DNA from: Candidatus Eiseniibacteriota bacterium | Lineage (GTDB): Bacteria > Eisenbacteria > RBG-16-71-46 | Assembly: GCA_963717935.1 (NCBI GenBank) | Contig: CAVQXP010000004.1 | Span: 416,001-480,000 of the forward strand | DNA length: 64,000 bases | Direction: 5' to 3' | Shown: in pieces, positions 19,858 to 29,279 of the stretch | How positions within the stretch are numbered: position 1 is the first letter of the stretch | How the letters are laid out: each line of letters starts with the position of its first letter | Program-made: the position numbers and the translations under genes | The notes under the pieces: generated by a model | Databases searched by the model: none | What the model saw: the letters and a program-made list of their open reading frames with translations, nothing else | Told to the model about the DNA's origin: nothing

Positions 19858-22500
19858 ATGCCACTGGCCCCAGGCATGCGCCTCGGTCCCTACGAGATCC
19901 TCGCCCCCCTCGGTGCGGGGGGCATGGGAGAGGTCTATCGCGCCCGCGACTCGCGGCTGGACCGCACCGTCGCCGTCAAGGTCCTCTCCCCGCACCTGGC
20001 CGCGACGTCCGAGGCGCGCGCCCGCTTCGAGCGGGAGGCGCGCGCGGTCTCCGCGCTGAGCCACCCCCACGTCTGCACGCTCTACGACATCGGGAGCCAG
20101 GACGACCTGGTCTACCTCGTCATGGAACACCTCGAGGGCGAGACCCTGGCCCGGCGCCTCGAGCGCGGCCCCCTGCCGGCCGCCGAACTGCTCGGTCGCG
20201 GCATCGAGATCGCCGACGCGCTGGACCGGGCGCATCGGGCGGGGATCGTCCACCGCGACCTCAAGCCCGGCAACATCATGCTCACGAAGGGCGGCGCCAA
20301 GCTCATGGATTTCGGCCTGGCGCGCACGGCGGGGCTGGCCGCGGTGGCGGGCGAGGACACCGGATCGCCCACCCTGAGTCGGCCGCTCACGGCCGAGGGG
20401 ACCCTCGTGGGCACCTTCCAGTACATGGCGCCCGAGGTGCTGGAGGGGCGGGAGGCGGATGCGCGCAGCGACATCTGGGCGCTGGGCTGCGTGCTCTACG
20501 AGATGGCGACCGCGAAGAAGACCTTCCAGGGCCGCAGCCAGGCCTCGCTCATCTCGGCCATCATGTCGGCGGAGCCCCCGGCCCCGACGACGCTGGCGCC
20601 GCTGACGCCGCCCGCGCTCGAGCAGCTCATCCGGGCCTGCCTGGCCAAGGACCCGGAGGAGCGCGTCCAGACCGCCCACGACGTGAAGCTCGAGCTCGGC
20701 TGGATCGCCCAGGGCAGCTCGCGGGCCGGCGTCCCCGCCGTCGTCGCGAGGCGCCGGCGCACCCGCGAGCGGCTCGCCTGGGTGCTGGCGGCGGCCCTGG
20801 CGGTGGCAGTCCTGGCACTGGGCGCGTTCCTGCTGCGCCGCGGCGAGCCACCGCAGGTCGTCCGCTTCGAGGTGCGTCTGCCGCTGGGCACGATGCAGAT
20901 GTCCTGGCCCCGCCTGTCGCCGGACGGACGGACGCTGGCGTTCGTCGCGTCAGACTCGGCCGGCGACCGGCGCGTATGGGTGCGGCCCCTGGATGCAGTC
21001 GAGGCCCGTCCATTGGACGTGGTCGTGGGGAACGCCCGGCCCTTCTGGTCCCCCGACAGCAGGCACCTGGCGTTGATCGATGGCGGGAAGCTGCGCAAGA
21101 TCCCGGTCGGCGGGGGACCGCCCATCAACATCTGCGACGCACCGGGCGGCTTCGACGGCACCTGGGGCAGGAGCGGCTGGATCCTCTTCGACGGTGGCGC
21201 CGGCGATTCGATCCGGGGAGTGCCGGCAGCAGGCGGAACGCCCCGCAGCATCACGTTCCTCGATCGTGCAAGGGGCGAGACCGGCCACGCCTGGCCCTTC
21301 TTCCTGCCCGACGGCCGGCACTTCCTGTTCGTGGCTAGCACTCCCGAAGGCCCCGACGCCATCCGCGTCGGTACGCTGGGCTCGAAGGAGAGCCGGGCCG
21401 TCGGTCAGACCGAGAGCCGGGCCGAGTACACGCTGCCGGGCTACCTGGTCTACGAGAACGGGAACACGCTCGTGGCCCAGCCGTTCGACGCCCGGTCCAC
21501 CCGCACCACCGGTGATCCCGTCCCCCTGGGAGAGCTCGTCACCGGAGGCGGCGATGGCCCTTTCTCGGTGTCGGGCGCCGGGGACCTGGCCTACCGGCCG
21601 CGAACCACCCAGGAACGGGCCCACCTGCTCTGGCTGGCCCGCGATGGTCACCTCCTCGGAGAGGCGGCCCCGGCCGGCGCGTGGGAGGACGTCATGCTCT
21701 CGCCGGACGGTGCGCGGCTCGCGCTCAGCGCCGTCTCGGACCGGTCGAACCGCGACGTCTGGGTGCACGACCTGGTCCGCGGAGTCAGCTCGCGGCTCAC
21801 CCACGACCCGGACATCGAGCTTGCGCCGGTGTGGTCGCCCGACGGCCGTCGCATCGCCTTCGCCGCGCGCCGCGCTGACGGGATGCACTGCTACATCCGG
21901 GCGGCCAACGGCGTCGGGGAGGATGATTCCCTGCCCCACGGCCAGGGCGTCAACGAGGCCCCGCTGGACTGGTCGGGGCCGGCGAACAGCATCCTGTTCG
22001 CGCGCATCAATTCGACAAATCGCTGGGACCTCTGGGTGACGCCCGCTACCGGCCCGCCGGCGCCCAGACCGTTCCTGCAGTCCCCGTTCGACGAGTCGGT
22101 CGGGCGATTCTCGCCCGACGGAAGGTGGCTCGCGTTCGGCTCGAACGAGTCCGGACGATCCGAGATCTACGTCGTGCCATTCCCCGGGCCCGGGGGCAGG
22201 TGGCAGATCTCGACCGCCGGCGGCAGCCATCCCCAGTGGCGTCAGGACGGCGGAGAGTTGTTCTACCTGGGCACGGACCGGCGCATCATGGCGGTCCCGG
22301 TGCGCGCCGGGACGACCTTCGACGCGGGGGTGCCGCAGGCCCTGTTCCAGGCCGCGCTCACCGGCGGTCCATACCCCGGCTACCGCTGGGCCGTATCCCG
22401 CGACGGGCAGCGCTTCCTCGTCAACACACCGTCCGGCGGCGAGTCCCCCGGGCATTTCGTCGTGGTCACGAACTGGACCGCCGAGCTTCGCCGGAAGTGA
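19858..22500 (+). CDS. Hanks-type Ser/Thr protein kinase with TM segment and TolB/PD40 beta-propeller
   Basis: LGAGGMGEVY, VAVK, HRDLKPGN, DFG, GTFQYMAPE, DIWALG; TM LAWVLAAALAVAVLALGAFLL; repeated (W/F/L)SPDG propeller blades. Confidence 0.95.
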   Translation: MPLAPGMRLGPYEILAPLGAGGMGEVYRARDSRLDRTVAVKVLSPHLAATSEARARFEREARAVSALSHPHVCTLYDIGSQDDLVYLVMEHLEGETLARRLERGPLPAAELLGRGIEIADALDRAHRAGIVHRDLKPGNIMLTKGGAKLMDFGLARTAGLAAVAGEDTGSPTLSRPLTAEGTLVGTFQYMAPEVLEGREADARSDIWALGCVLYEMATAKKTFQGRSQASLISAIMSAEPPAPTTLAPLTPPALEQLIRACLAKDPEERVQTAHDVKLELGWIAQGSSRAGVPAVVARRRRTRERLAWVLAAALAVAVLALGAFLLRRGEPPQVVRFEVRLPLGTMQMSWPRLSPDGRTLAFVASDSAGDRRVWVRPLDAVEARPLDVVVGNARPFWSPDSRHLALIDGGKLRKIPVGGGPPINICDAPGGFDGTWGRSGWILFDGGAGDSIRGVPAAGGTPRSITFLDRARGETGHAWPFFLPDGRHFLFVASTPEGPDAIRVGTLGSKESRAVGQTESRAEYTLPGYLVYENGNTLVAQPFDARSTRTTGDPVPLGELVTGGGDGPFSVSGAGDLAYRPRTTQERAHLLWLARDGHLLGEAAPAGAWEDVMLSPDGARLALSAVSDRSNRDVWVHDLVRGVSSRLTHDPDIELAPVWSPDGRRIAFAARRADGMHCYIRAANGVGEDDSLPHGQGVNEAPLDWSGPANSILFARINSTNRWDLWVTPATGPPAPRPFLQSPFDESVGRFSPDGRWLAFGSNESGRSEIYVVPFPGPGGRWQISTAGGSHPQWRQDGGELFYLGTDRRIMAVPVRAGTTFDAGVPQALFQAALTGGPYPGYRWAVSRDGQRFLVNTPSGGESPGHFVVVTNWTAELRRK

Positions 22501-22516
22501 CCCGGGCCCCGACGCC

Positions 22517-24160
22517 ATGATGCTCCACCTCTCGGGAGCGACCGGCGACCGGACGCCGGCCTGGAGGATCGAGGCGCCGCTCTCGAGGATCGGGCGCTCG
22601 TCGGCCTGCGAGATCCACCTCGCCGATGCCAGCGTGTCGCGCCGGCACGCCGAGATCGTCCGCCGCGACGATCGCTTCTTCATCCAGGACCTCGGCAGCC
22701 GCAACGGCACCCGGGTGAACGGCGCCGAGGTCCACGCCCCCGTCGAGATCGGCCCGGGCGACTGCGTCGAGGTGGGCGACCTGACGCTGCGCGTGACCGC
22801 GGAGGGACCCGGACGGCCCGTGCGCGTGCCCTCGGGGGCGCGGATCGACACCTCGGTGCAGCTGCGCGCGGACCACCTGGTCGAAGCGCGCGCGCGCGAC
22901 GAGGGGGGCGCCCTGCCGCTGGTGGCCTGGCTGGTCGCGGCCGGACAACTGCTGGTCATGCCGCGGCCGCTCCAGGAGACGTGCGACGAGATCCTGGAAC
23001 TCGTCGCCCGCGCCGTCCCCGGCACGCGGCACGTGCTGATGCTGCGTGACGAGACCTCCGGAGAGCTGCGCCAGGCCGCGGCGCGCCATCTCGGCGGGCG
23101 GCCCGACCAGCCGCTGGCGCTCTCCCGCTCGATCGTCGGGCGGGTCCTCGAGGAATGCACCTCGGTGCTCACGGCGGATGCCCTGCACGACCCGCGCTTC
23201 AGCGCCCAGGACAGCGTCGTGCGGCAGGCGGTCCACTCCGCCATGGCCGTGCCGCTCTTCGACAACCGCAGGGTCCTGGGGCTCGTCTACGTGGACAGCC
23301 AGGACGTCGCCGTCAGCTTCACCCCGTCGCAGCTCGAGGTGCTCACGCTGCTCGCCAACATGGCGGCGGTGAAGATCAGCAACGCGCGCCTGCTGGCGGC
23401 CGAGCAGGCGCGGCTCCGCCTGGCGCACGAGCTGGCCACCGCCGCCCGGATCCAGCGCGCGATGCTGGCGCCCGCGCCCCTCATGGAGGGCTGGCAGGTG
23501 GAGGCCTGCATCGAGCCCTGCCACGAGGTCGGCGGCGACCTCTACGATTGCCGCATCACGCGCGACGACCGCCTGGTCTTCCAGGTGGGCGACGTGGCCG
23601 GCAAGGGGATGGGCGCCGCCCTGCTGATGTCGTCGTTCCTGGCTTCGTCCCGCGTCCTCTACGAAACCTGCGACGACCCGGGCGCGCTCGCCACCCGGCT
23701 CGGCGCCATCGTGTGCGACCACGGGGATCCGGGCCGCTTCGTCACCGGCTTCGTCGGCTGCCTCGACCTGCGCACGGGGACCGTGCATTACGTGAACGCA
23801 GGCCATCCCTCGGCGCTGCTGCTGCACCGCGGCGGGATCCGGCCGCTGGAGAGCAACGGCGTTCCGTTCGGCGTCCTGCCCGGCTACGACTACCGCGCCC
23901 TGACCGCCGAGATCCCCCCGGGGGCGATGCTCGCGGTCTTCAGCGACGGCATCCCCGAGGCGCAGTGCGGCTCCGAGATGTTCGAGGATGAGCGTCTGCA
24001 CGAGGTCCTGCTCGCGGCCGCGGCCGCGCCCGACCTGGCCGACGTGCGGCGCGGCGTCCTCGCCCGGCTGGACACGTTCCTCGGGGACGCCACGCGCAGC
24101 GACGACGTCACGCTCCTGCTGATCCGGCGCGAGGCCGCCACCCCGCCCCCGTCCGCCTGA
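22517..24160 (+). CDS. FHA + GAF + SpoIIE/PP2C Ser/Thr phosphatase
   Basis: FHA: IGRS, SRRHA, DLGSRNGT. GAF: SAMAVPL..VLGLVYVDS. PP2C: VGGDLYD, GDVAGKG, NAGHP, FSDGI, DDVT. Confidence 0.93.
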   Translation: MMLHLSGATGDRTPAWRIEAPLSRIGRSSACEIHLADASVSRRHAEIVRRDDRFFIQDLGSRNGTRVNGAEVHAPVEIGPGDCVEVGDLTLRVTAEGPGRPVRVPSGARIDTSVQLRADHLVEARARDEGGALPLVAWLVAAGQLLVMPRPLQETCDEILELVARAVPGTRHVLMLRDETSGELRQAAARHLGGRPDQPLALSRSIVGRVLEECTSVLTADALHDPRFSAQDSVVRQAVHSAMAVPLFDNRRVLGLVYVDSQDVAVSFTPSQLEVLTLLANMAAVKISNARLLAAEQARLRLAHELATAARIQRAMLAPAPLMEGWQVEACIEPCHEVGGDLYDCRITRDDRLVFQVGDVAGKGMGAALLMSSFLASSRVLYETCDDPGALATRLGAIVCDHGDPGRFVTGFVGCLDLRTGTVHYVNAGHPSALLLHRGGIRPLESNGVPFGVLPGYDYRALTAEIPPGAMLAVFSDGIPEAQCGSEMFEDERLHEVLLAAAAAPDLADVRRGVLARLDTFLGDATRSDDVTLLLIRREAATPPPSA

Positions 24161-24193
24161 GACTCCGTCGCCGACGCGCGTGGCGTCGCCGCG

Positions 24194-25414
24194 CTACCCC
24201 AGCCGGTCCCAGACGCGCCTCGCGCATTCCTTCGCGCGCGCGGCCACCTCGCGTTCATCCACGTTCACGAGCGTGCCGTTGTCCAGCACGATGTCGCCGC
24301 CCACCATGGCGCCCGAGACCGGTGCGCGCAGCATGCCCGACCACAGGTGGTCGAGGAACGTGCGCTCGGTGAACTCCGTCGCCGGCTGGTAGTCCACCAG
24401 CAGCAGGTCCGCGGGCGAGCCCGCGGCGATGACGCCCAGGCCCTCGCCGAAGTGCCCGCCGGCCCAGCGCGCGCCGTTCACGAACAGCCGCTGGTAGTGC
24501 GCCTCGGCCGGAGCGCCGAAGGCCAGGCTGTGGATCGGATCCGGCAGCGGCGGCGCGTTCACGCCCGCATCCGTGCCCCACGCCACCTCGCCCTCGCGCA
24601 CCAGCGCGGCGACCGAGCCCGCGCCGACCGCCGAGAGCGCGTCACCGCGTTCGCGCAACTCGCCGAGCAGGCCGCGCGGCGCGCTCTCCACGTGCGCCCA
24701 GAGCGTGGGCATGGATTGCTCGCGCCAGCCGCCGCGCGGGCGCCAGCGCTCGGCGGGCGTCAGGTCGAGGGCCAGGTCCACGTGCACGCCCAGCCGCCCG
24801 CCCGCGACGTCGAGCGCCTCGCACACCATCGTGTCCACGCCCTCGAGCGTGCGCGCCTGCACGCCGATCATGCCGCGCAACCGGCCGTCGCGCCGCCGTC
24901 CCATCTCGCTCGCGAACCCGAGCGACTCCTCGAAGGCCGACTGCCGCTCGACCATGGTGTCCGATTCGCTCGCGCCGTAGCAGGTGGCCACGCGCACGCC
25001 CACCCGCGCCGCCGCCGCCACCACTTCGGAGAGCGAAAGGTCCGGGCAGGCGCCCGAGCGATGGAAGTCGCACACCGAGGTCACGCCGTGGCGCAGTCCC
25101 TCGACCAGCGCCGCGCTGGCCGACCAGAAGACGTCCTCGGGCGAGAGCGTGCGGTCGTAGCGGCGCCACTCGGCGGGCGCGCGCAGTCCGAGCCCGCGCG
25201 CGAGGTGGCGCGCCAGGTGGACGTGGGTGTTGATGAAGCCCGGCATCAGCACGCGGCCGCGCGCGGGCCAGAGCGTCTCCTCCGGATAGGCCGCGCCCAG
25301 CACCGGGAGCGGCCCGATGGCGGCGATGTGCGCGCCCACCACGCGCACCGCCGAGTCCTCGAGCACATCGGGTCTCGTCCCGCCCGTCACGACCGTGCAC
25401 GGTCCGATCAGCAT
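24194..25414 (-). CDS. Amidohydrolase superfamily protein, SsnA-like, active site partly degenerate
   Basis: PGFINTHVH, GVTSVCDFH, WGTD. The C-terminus ADLLLVDYQPATEF..DHLWSG..AMVGG resembles SsnA. Confidence 0.75.
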   Translation of the reverse strand: MLIGPCTVVTGGTRPDVLEDSAVRVVGAHIAAIGPLPVLGAAYPEETLWPARGRVLMPGFINTHVHLARHLARGLGLRAPAEWRRYDRTLSPEDVFWSASAALVEGLRHGVTSVCDFHRSGACPDLSLSEVVAAAARVGVRVATCYGASESDTMVERQSAFEESLGFASEMGRRRDGRLRGMIGVQARTLEGVDTMVCEALDVAGGRLGVHVDLALDLTPAERWRPRGGWREQSMPTLWAHVESAPRGLLGELRERGDALSAVGAGSVAALVREGEVAWGTDAGVNAPPLPDPIHSLAFGAPAEAHYQRLFVNGARWAGGHFGEGLGVIAAGSPADLLLVDYQPATEFTERTFLDHLWSGMLRAPVSGAMVGGDIVLDNGTLVNVDEREVAARAKECARRVWDRLG

Positions 25415-25433
25415 GTCAGCCCCCCCGCCCGGC

Positions 25434-26801
25434 TCATCCCTGAGCCCGGCCGATGCCCGCGCGCTGGCTCAACCCGCGCGCCTCCGTGCGCGCCTCTCGG
25501 ACCACGCGCTCCGGCTCCAACGTCGTCCAGGTCCCGCCACGATAGAGGATGCGTCCCGCCACCATGGTGAGCCGCACGTCGGTGGCCCGCGCGGCGTGCA
25601 CCAGCGTGGTGTAGGGATCGAGCGTCTCGTTCGGCGCCAGGTGCGGCGCCGCATGGTCCACCACGATCACGTCCGCCTGTTTGCCGGGCTCGAGCGAGCC
25701 GGTCACGGCGCCGAGCCCCAGCGCCCGCGCGCCCTCGCAGGTGGCGAGCGCCAGCACCTCGCGCGCGCTGAGATGCCCTCCGGGGCCCAGGGTGCGGGAG
25801 ATCAGCGCCGCGAGGCTCAACTCGTGGAAGGTGTCGAGCCGGTTGTCGCAGGCCGCCCCGTCCGAGCCGATGCCGCGCCGCAATCCTTCCTGGACCCAGC
25901 GCTTGACGTTGGCGAAGCCGGAGCCGAGCTTGAGGTTCGAGCCCGGACAGTGGACCAGTGCAGCGTCCGCGCGCTTGAGCAGCCCCAGCTCTTCGTCGTC
26001 CACCCACACGCCGTGCGCGCCGACGAAGCGCTCCGACAGCACGCCGCACTTCGCGAAGTAGCGCGCCGCACTGGTCGAGACCGCCGCCTCGACCTCGCGC
26101 GCCTCGGTCGGGCTCTCGGCGAGGTGGGTATGGACGAGCAGACCGCGCTCGGTGGCGGCCGCCGCCACGTCGCGCCACAGCCCGTCGCTGCACGAGAGGA
26201 TGAAGCGCGGCGCCAGCGAGACGTGCAGCCGCCCATCCGCCGCGCCGTCCCAGCGCCGGTGCAGCGAGAGCGCCGACTCCAGCGCCTGGGCCGTGCTCTC
26301 GCGCAGCCCGGGCGGCACGCCCACGCCGCGGTCCATGAGCGCCTTGCCGAAGACCGCGCGGATGCCGCTCTGCTCGAGCACCCCGGCGATCGCGTCGGTG
26401 TGGCCCACCGTGCCCATGTCGTTGATGCAGGTGACGCCGCCCGCGATCAACTCGACGAGCCCCAGCCGCGCCGAGGCCGCGATCGAGGCCTCGGTGTGGG
26501 CCGCCTCGAGCAGCCAGACGCTCTCGCGCAGCCAGCACAACAGGTCGCTCTGCTCGGCAAGGCCGCGGAAGAGGGTCTGGCAGAGGTGCAGGTGCCCGTG
26601 GACCAGGCCCGGCAGGACGAAGCCGCCCGAGGCGTCCACCGACTCGTCGGCACGGCCGCCGGGGAGCGCGGCCAGCGCCGCGGGCACGCCCGCGCCGAGC
26701 GCGACGATGAGCCCGTCGTGCACGAGCAGGTCGCCACGGACGACCGTGGCGGACGCGTCCATGCAGACGAGCGTGCCGGAATGAAAGAGGCAACTGCTCA
26801 G
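25434..26801 (-). CDS. Amidohydrolase, 5'-deoxyadenosine/MTA-SAH deaminase family
   Basis: PGLVHGHLH, HTHLAES, AHGVW, HCPGSNLKL, GSDG, LEPGKQAD. The frame extends upstream of ATG 26762 to a CTG at 26801 behind GGGAGG. Confidence 0.88.
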   Translation of the reverse strand: MSSCLFHSGTLVCMDASATVVRGDLLVHDGLIVALGAGVPAALAALPGGRADESVDASGGFVLPGLVHGHLHLCQTLFRGLAEQSDLLCWLRESVWLLEAAHTEASIAASARLGLVELIAGGVTCINDMGTVGHTDAIAGVLEQSGIRAVFGKALMDRGVGVPPGLRESTAQALESALSLHRRWDGAADGRLHVSLAPRFILSCSDGLWRDVAAAATERGLLVHTHLAESPTEAREVEAAVSTSAARYFAKCGVLSERFVGAHGVWVDDEELGLLKRADAALVHCPGSNLKLGSGFANVKRWVQEGLRRGIGSDGAACDNRLDTFHELSLAALISRTLGPGGHLSAREVLALATCEGARALGLGAVTGSLEPGKQADVIVVDHAAPHLAPNETLDPYTTLVHAARATDVRLTMVAGRILYRGGTWTTLEPERVVREARTEARGLSQRAGIGRAQG

Positions 26802-26942
26802 GCGGGCGCCTCCCTGCGATGAGCATGGCCTCCGGCGTCCGTGCCGGAGTGGGACCGAAGGAACCCGCGCGCCGGGGAGCGCCCGTAGTGGGGGCGCCCG
26901 GCCCGGCGCGATCCACGTTCAGGACCCTTCGAATCTGACGAG

Positions 26943-26971
26943 ACGGTGGCACTCGGCCGGGGGTATGTCAA
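26943..26971 (-). promoter_or_regulatory. Candidate sigma70 promoter of the amidohydrolase operon
   Basis: Perfect TTGACA (26971-26966), 17-nt spacer, weak extended -10 TGC-CACCGT. Confidence 0.4.
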
Positions 26972-27056
26972 GAGCCAGAATCGGGCCGCCGGGAGGCCGG
27001 ACGCCCGGCTCCGTTTCGGGCCGGGCGTCCGCACTGCTCGGGGAATCGGCGAATCG

Positions 27057-27458
27057 CTACACGCCGCTCCCGCAGGCCCGGCACTTGGTCGCCGCGGCGG
27101 GGATCGTCTCCTTGCAGAACGGGCACTCCCTGGTCGGCGGCGCGGGCGGCGCCGGGGCGGGCTTCAGGAGCGCCTTCGTGATGAGGAACACGACCAGCGC
27201 GATGATGACGAAGTCGATGACGCTGCCGATGAAGGCGCCGTAGGTGATCTGCGCCGCCGGGGTGCCGTCGGCCCTGGTCTTCAGCACGATCGCGGCCTCG
27301 CGCCACGCGCCGCCGGGCACGAAGAGCCCGATGACGGGCATGAGGACGTCGCTCACCATGGAACTCACGACCTTGCCGACGGCCGCGCCGATGATCACGC
27401 CGACGGCCAGCGCGAGCGCGTTGGTCTTCAGCAGGAACTCCTTGAACTCCTTCAGCAT
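27057..27458 (-). CDS. mscL: Large-conductance mechanosensitive channel with C-terminal zinc ribbon
   Basis: MLKEFKEFL..LAVGVIIGAA..YGAFI..FVIIA; C-terminal CPFC..CRAC; AAGGAGG RBS. Confidence 0.93.
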   Translation of the reverse strand: MLKEFKEFLLKTNALALAVGVIIGAAVGKVVSSMVSDVLMPVIGLFVPGGAWREAAIVLKTRADGTPAAQITYGAFIGSVIDFVIIALVVFLITKALLKPAPAPPAPPTRECPFCKETIPAAATKCRACGSGV

Positions 27459-27623
27459 GTCGACCTCCTTGGGAAGTCGTTGGGGACAGCCGGTGCGTGG
27501 CGGCACGGAGTCGCCGCGGCGGCTTTCCAGGGGCTGCCGGGCCGGGAGTCGTCGTCCGTTCCGGCGGCGGCTGTACGCTATCATAGGCCGGCGACGGCGC
27601 ATCCCGGCAAGATCTAGCCCGCC

Positions 27624-27639
27624 TGGCACGAGCAATGCA
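27624..27639 (+). promoter_or_regulatory. Candidate sigma54 promoter
   Basis: TGGCACGAGCAATGCA is a close match to TGGCACG-N4-TTGCW, about 100 nt upstream of the hydrolase start. Confidence 0.6.
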
Positions 27640-27742
27640 ATCCTGCGTGTGGCGTGTTCCGTAACCAGGACTGCGCCGCCCCGCCGGACGCCACCGGCGG
27701 GCCCCGGCGCGGGGGGCGGAGCAGCCTCGAGGGGTGGTTTCG

Positions 27743-29170
27743 ATGTCCATCAAGGGCGGACGGCTCGAGTTCCTGGCGCCGCACCTGCTGCGCAGCCAGA
27801 TCCTGCGGCCGGGCTTCGTGCGCCTGAGCCTCAGGCTCGGAGCCGCGCGGCGGATGCCGGCGTGGGCCCGGCTCCAGTTCGTCAACGCCGGCGTCTCCCC
27901 CGCGGACCTGGACCTGGTTCTCCGCCGGGTGACGAGCCTCGACTCCTGGGTCGAGGAATGGGAGCGCCTCGGCCGGATGCACGAGGCCAGGAGCCACGGC
28001 AGCCTCGCGATGGGCGACCGGGCCGGGGCCAGGGCGCAGCTGCTCGCTGCCGCCGCCGCGTTCAACTTCGCGCAGTACGTGCTGTTCGTCGACGTCGCCC
28101 GCAAGCGCGGGCTCCACGACGCGGGCACGCGCGCCTATGGCGCGGCCGCGCCGCTGCTCGATCCACCTGCCCGGCCCTTCGAGGTCGTCTACCGCCGGCG
28201 CGTGATGAAGGGCTGGCTGCGCGTGCCGCGCGAGACGGGGCCGGCGCCCCTGGTCGTGCTCTTCCACGGCACCAATGGCGTGAAGGAGGAGTTGCATGGC
28301 TGGAGCGAGGCGCTGCTCCAGCGCGGGCTCGCCACGCTCGCCTTCGACGGTCCGGGGCTGGGCCAGACCTTCCATCGCCTGTCGATGGTCGCCGAGCCCC
28401 GGCCGGTGTGGGACGCCGTCCGCCGGGCGATCGAGGCGGAGCCCGCGCTGGACCCCGAAGCGGTGGCGCTCTTCGGCACCAGCCTGGGGGGCTTCCTCGC
28501 CATCCGCATGGCCGCGCACGACCCGCGCGTGCGCGCGGTGGCGGCCGTGAGTCCGCCCTACTCCGTTGCGGTCTACTGGAACGTCACGCTCGCCGGCATG
28601 CGGCGTGAGCTGGCGGCCCTCTACGACGCGTCGGAGGACGAGATGGCGCGCGTGGTCGAGCGCCTGACGCTCGGCGGCGTGCTGCCCGCGCTGCGCACCC
28701 CCCTGTTCGTCGCGGGCGGAGGCCACGATCTGATCACGCCGGGCGAGGAGACCCGCCGCGTCTTCGACGAGGCCCGCTGTGAGCGACAGCTGGTCTACTA
28801 CCCCCGGGGCGCGCACGACTGCTTCAACGTGCTCGCCGACCTGCGCCCGCGCCTGGCCGGCTGGCTCGTGGACCGGCTCGCGCCGCACCGGAACGGACGC
28901 CCGCCGCGCCCGCGCGCCCGCATCGAGCCCGATGCCGGGGACGCGGCCGAGGCCGTGGACGACGACTTCGCCGCGGAGCTGCGGGGTGAGACCCGCCGGC
29001 TCGTCTGGAACCGTCCGACAGCGCTCTTCGAGCCCGTGCGCTGGGCCTGGTGGCCGCGCGCGGCGCACGATCACGTCGAGGTGATCTGCCGCGCCGCGAC
29101 GGGCCCGCAGCCGGGCGCCGGAACGCGCCGCGCTTCAGGCGCACGCCCCTCCGACCGATACCCCGGGTGA
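27743..29170 (+). CDS. Alpha/beta hydrolase (FrsA/2,6-dihydroxypseudooxynicotine hydrolase-like)
   Basis: KEE, FDGPGLG, nucleophile elbow GTSLGG, HDPRV, Asp (HDLITP) and His (GAHDC). Confidence 0.85.
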   Translation: MSIKGGRLEFLAPHLLRSQILRPGFVRLSLRLGAARRMPAWARLQFVNAGVSPADLDLVLRRVTSLDSWVEEWERLGRMHEARSHGSLAMGDRAGARAQLLAAAAAFNFAQYVLFVDVARKRGLHDAGTRAYGAAAPLLDPPARPFEVVYRRRVMKGWLRVPRETGPAPLVVLFHGTNGVKEELHGWSEALLQRGLATLAFDGPGLGQTFHRLSMVAEPRPVWDAVRRAIEAEPALDPEAVALFGTSLGGFLAIRMAAHDPRVRAVAAVSPPYSVAVYWNVTLAGMRRELAALYDASEDEMARVVERLTLGGVLPALRTPLFVAGGGHDLITPGEETRRVFDEARCERQLVYYPRGAHDCFNVLADLRPRLAGWLVDRLAPHRNGRPPRPRARIEPDAGDAAEAVDDDFAAELRGETRRLVWNRPTALFEPVRWAWWPRAAHDHVEVICRAATGPQPGAGTRRASGARPSDRYPG

Positions 29171-29279
29171 TGGCAGCGCCCCGCGCCCCGGGTCCCTTGT
29201 AGACCGGGGGCGGCGCCTCTATCATCCGCCGCCTTGTCCTCCCTCGGGGACGTCCTCGGCTACGAGCACCGGAGCCTGC

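Noticed and set aside
27057..27140. MscL zinc-ribbon tail as a novelty
   Set aside because: CxxC..CxxC tails are common on MscL proteins in many bacteria.
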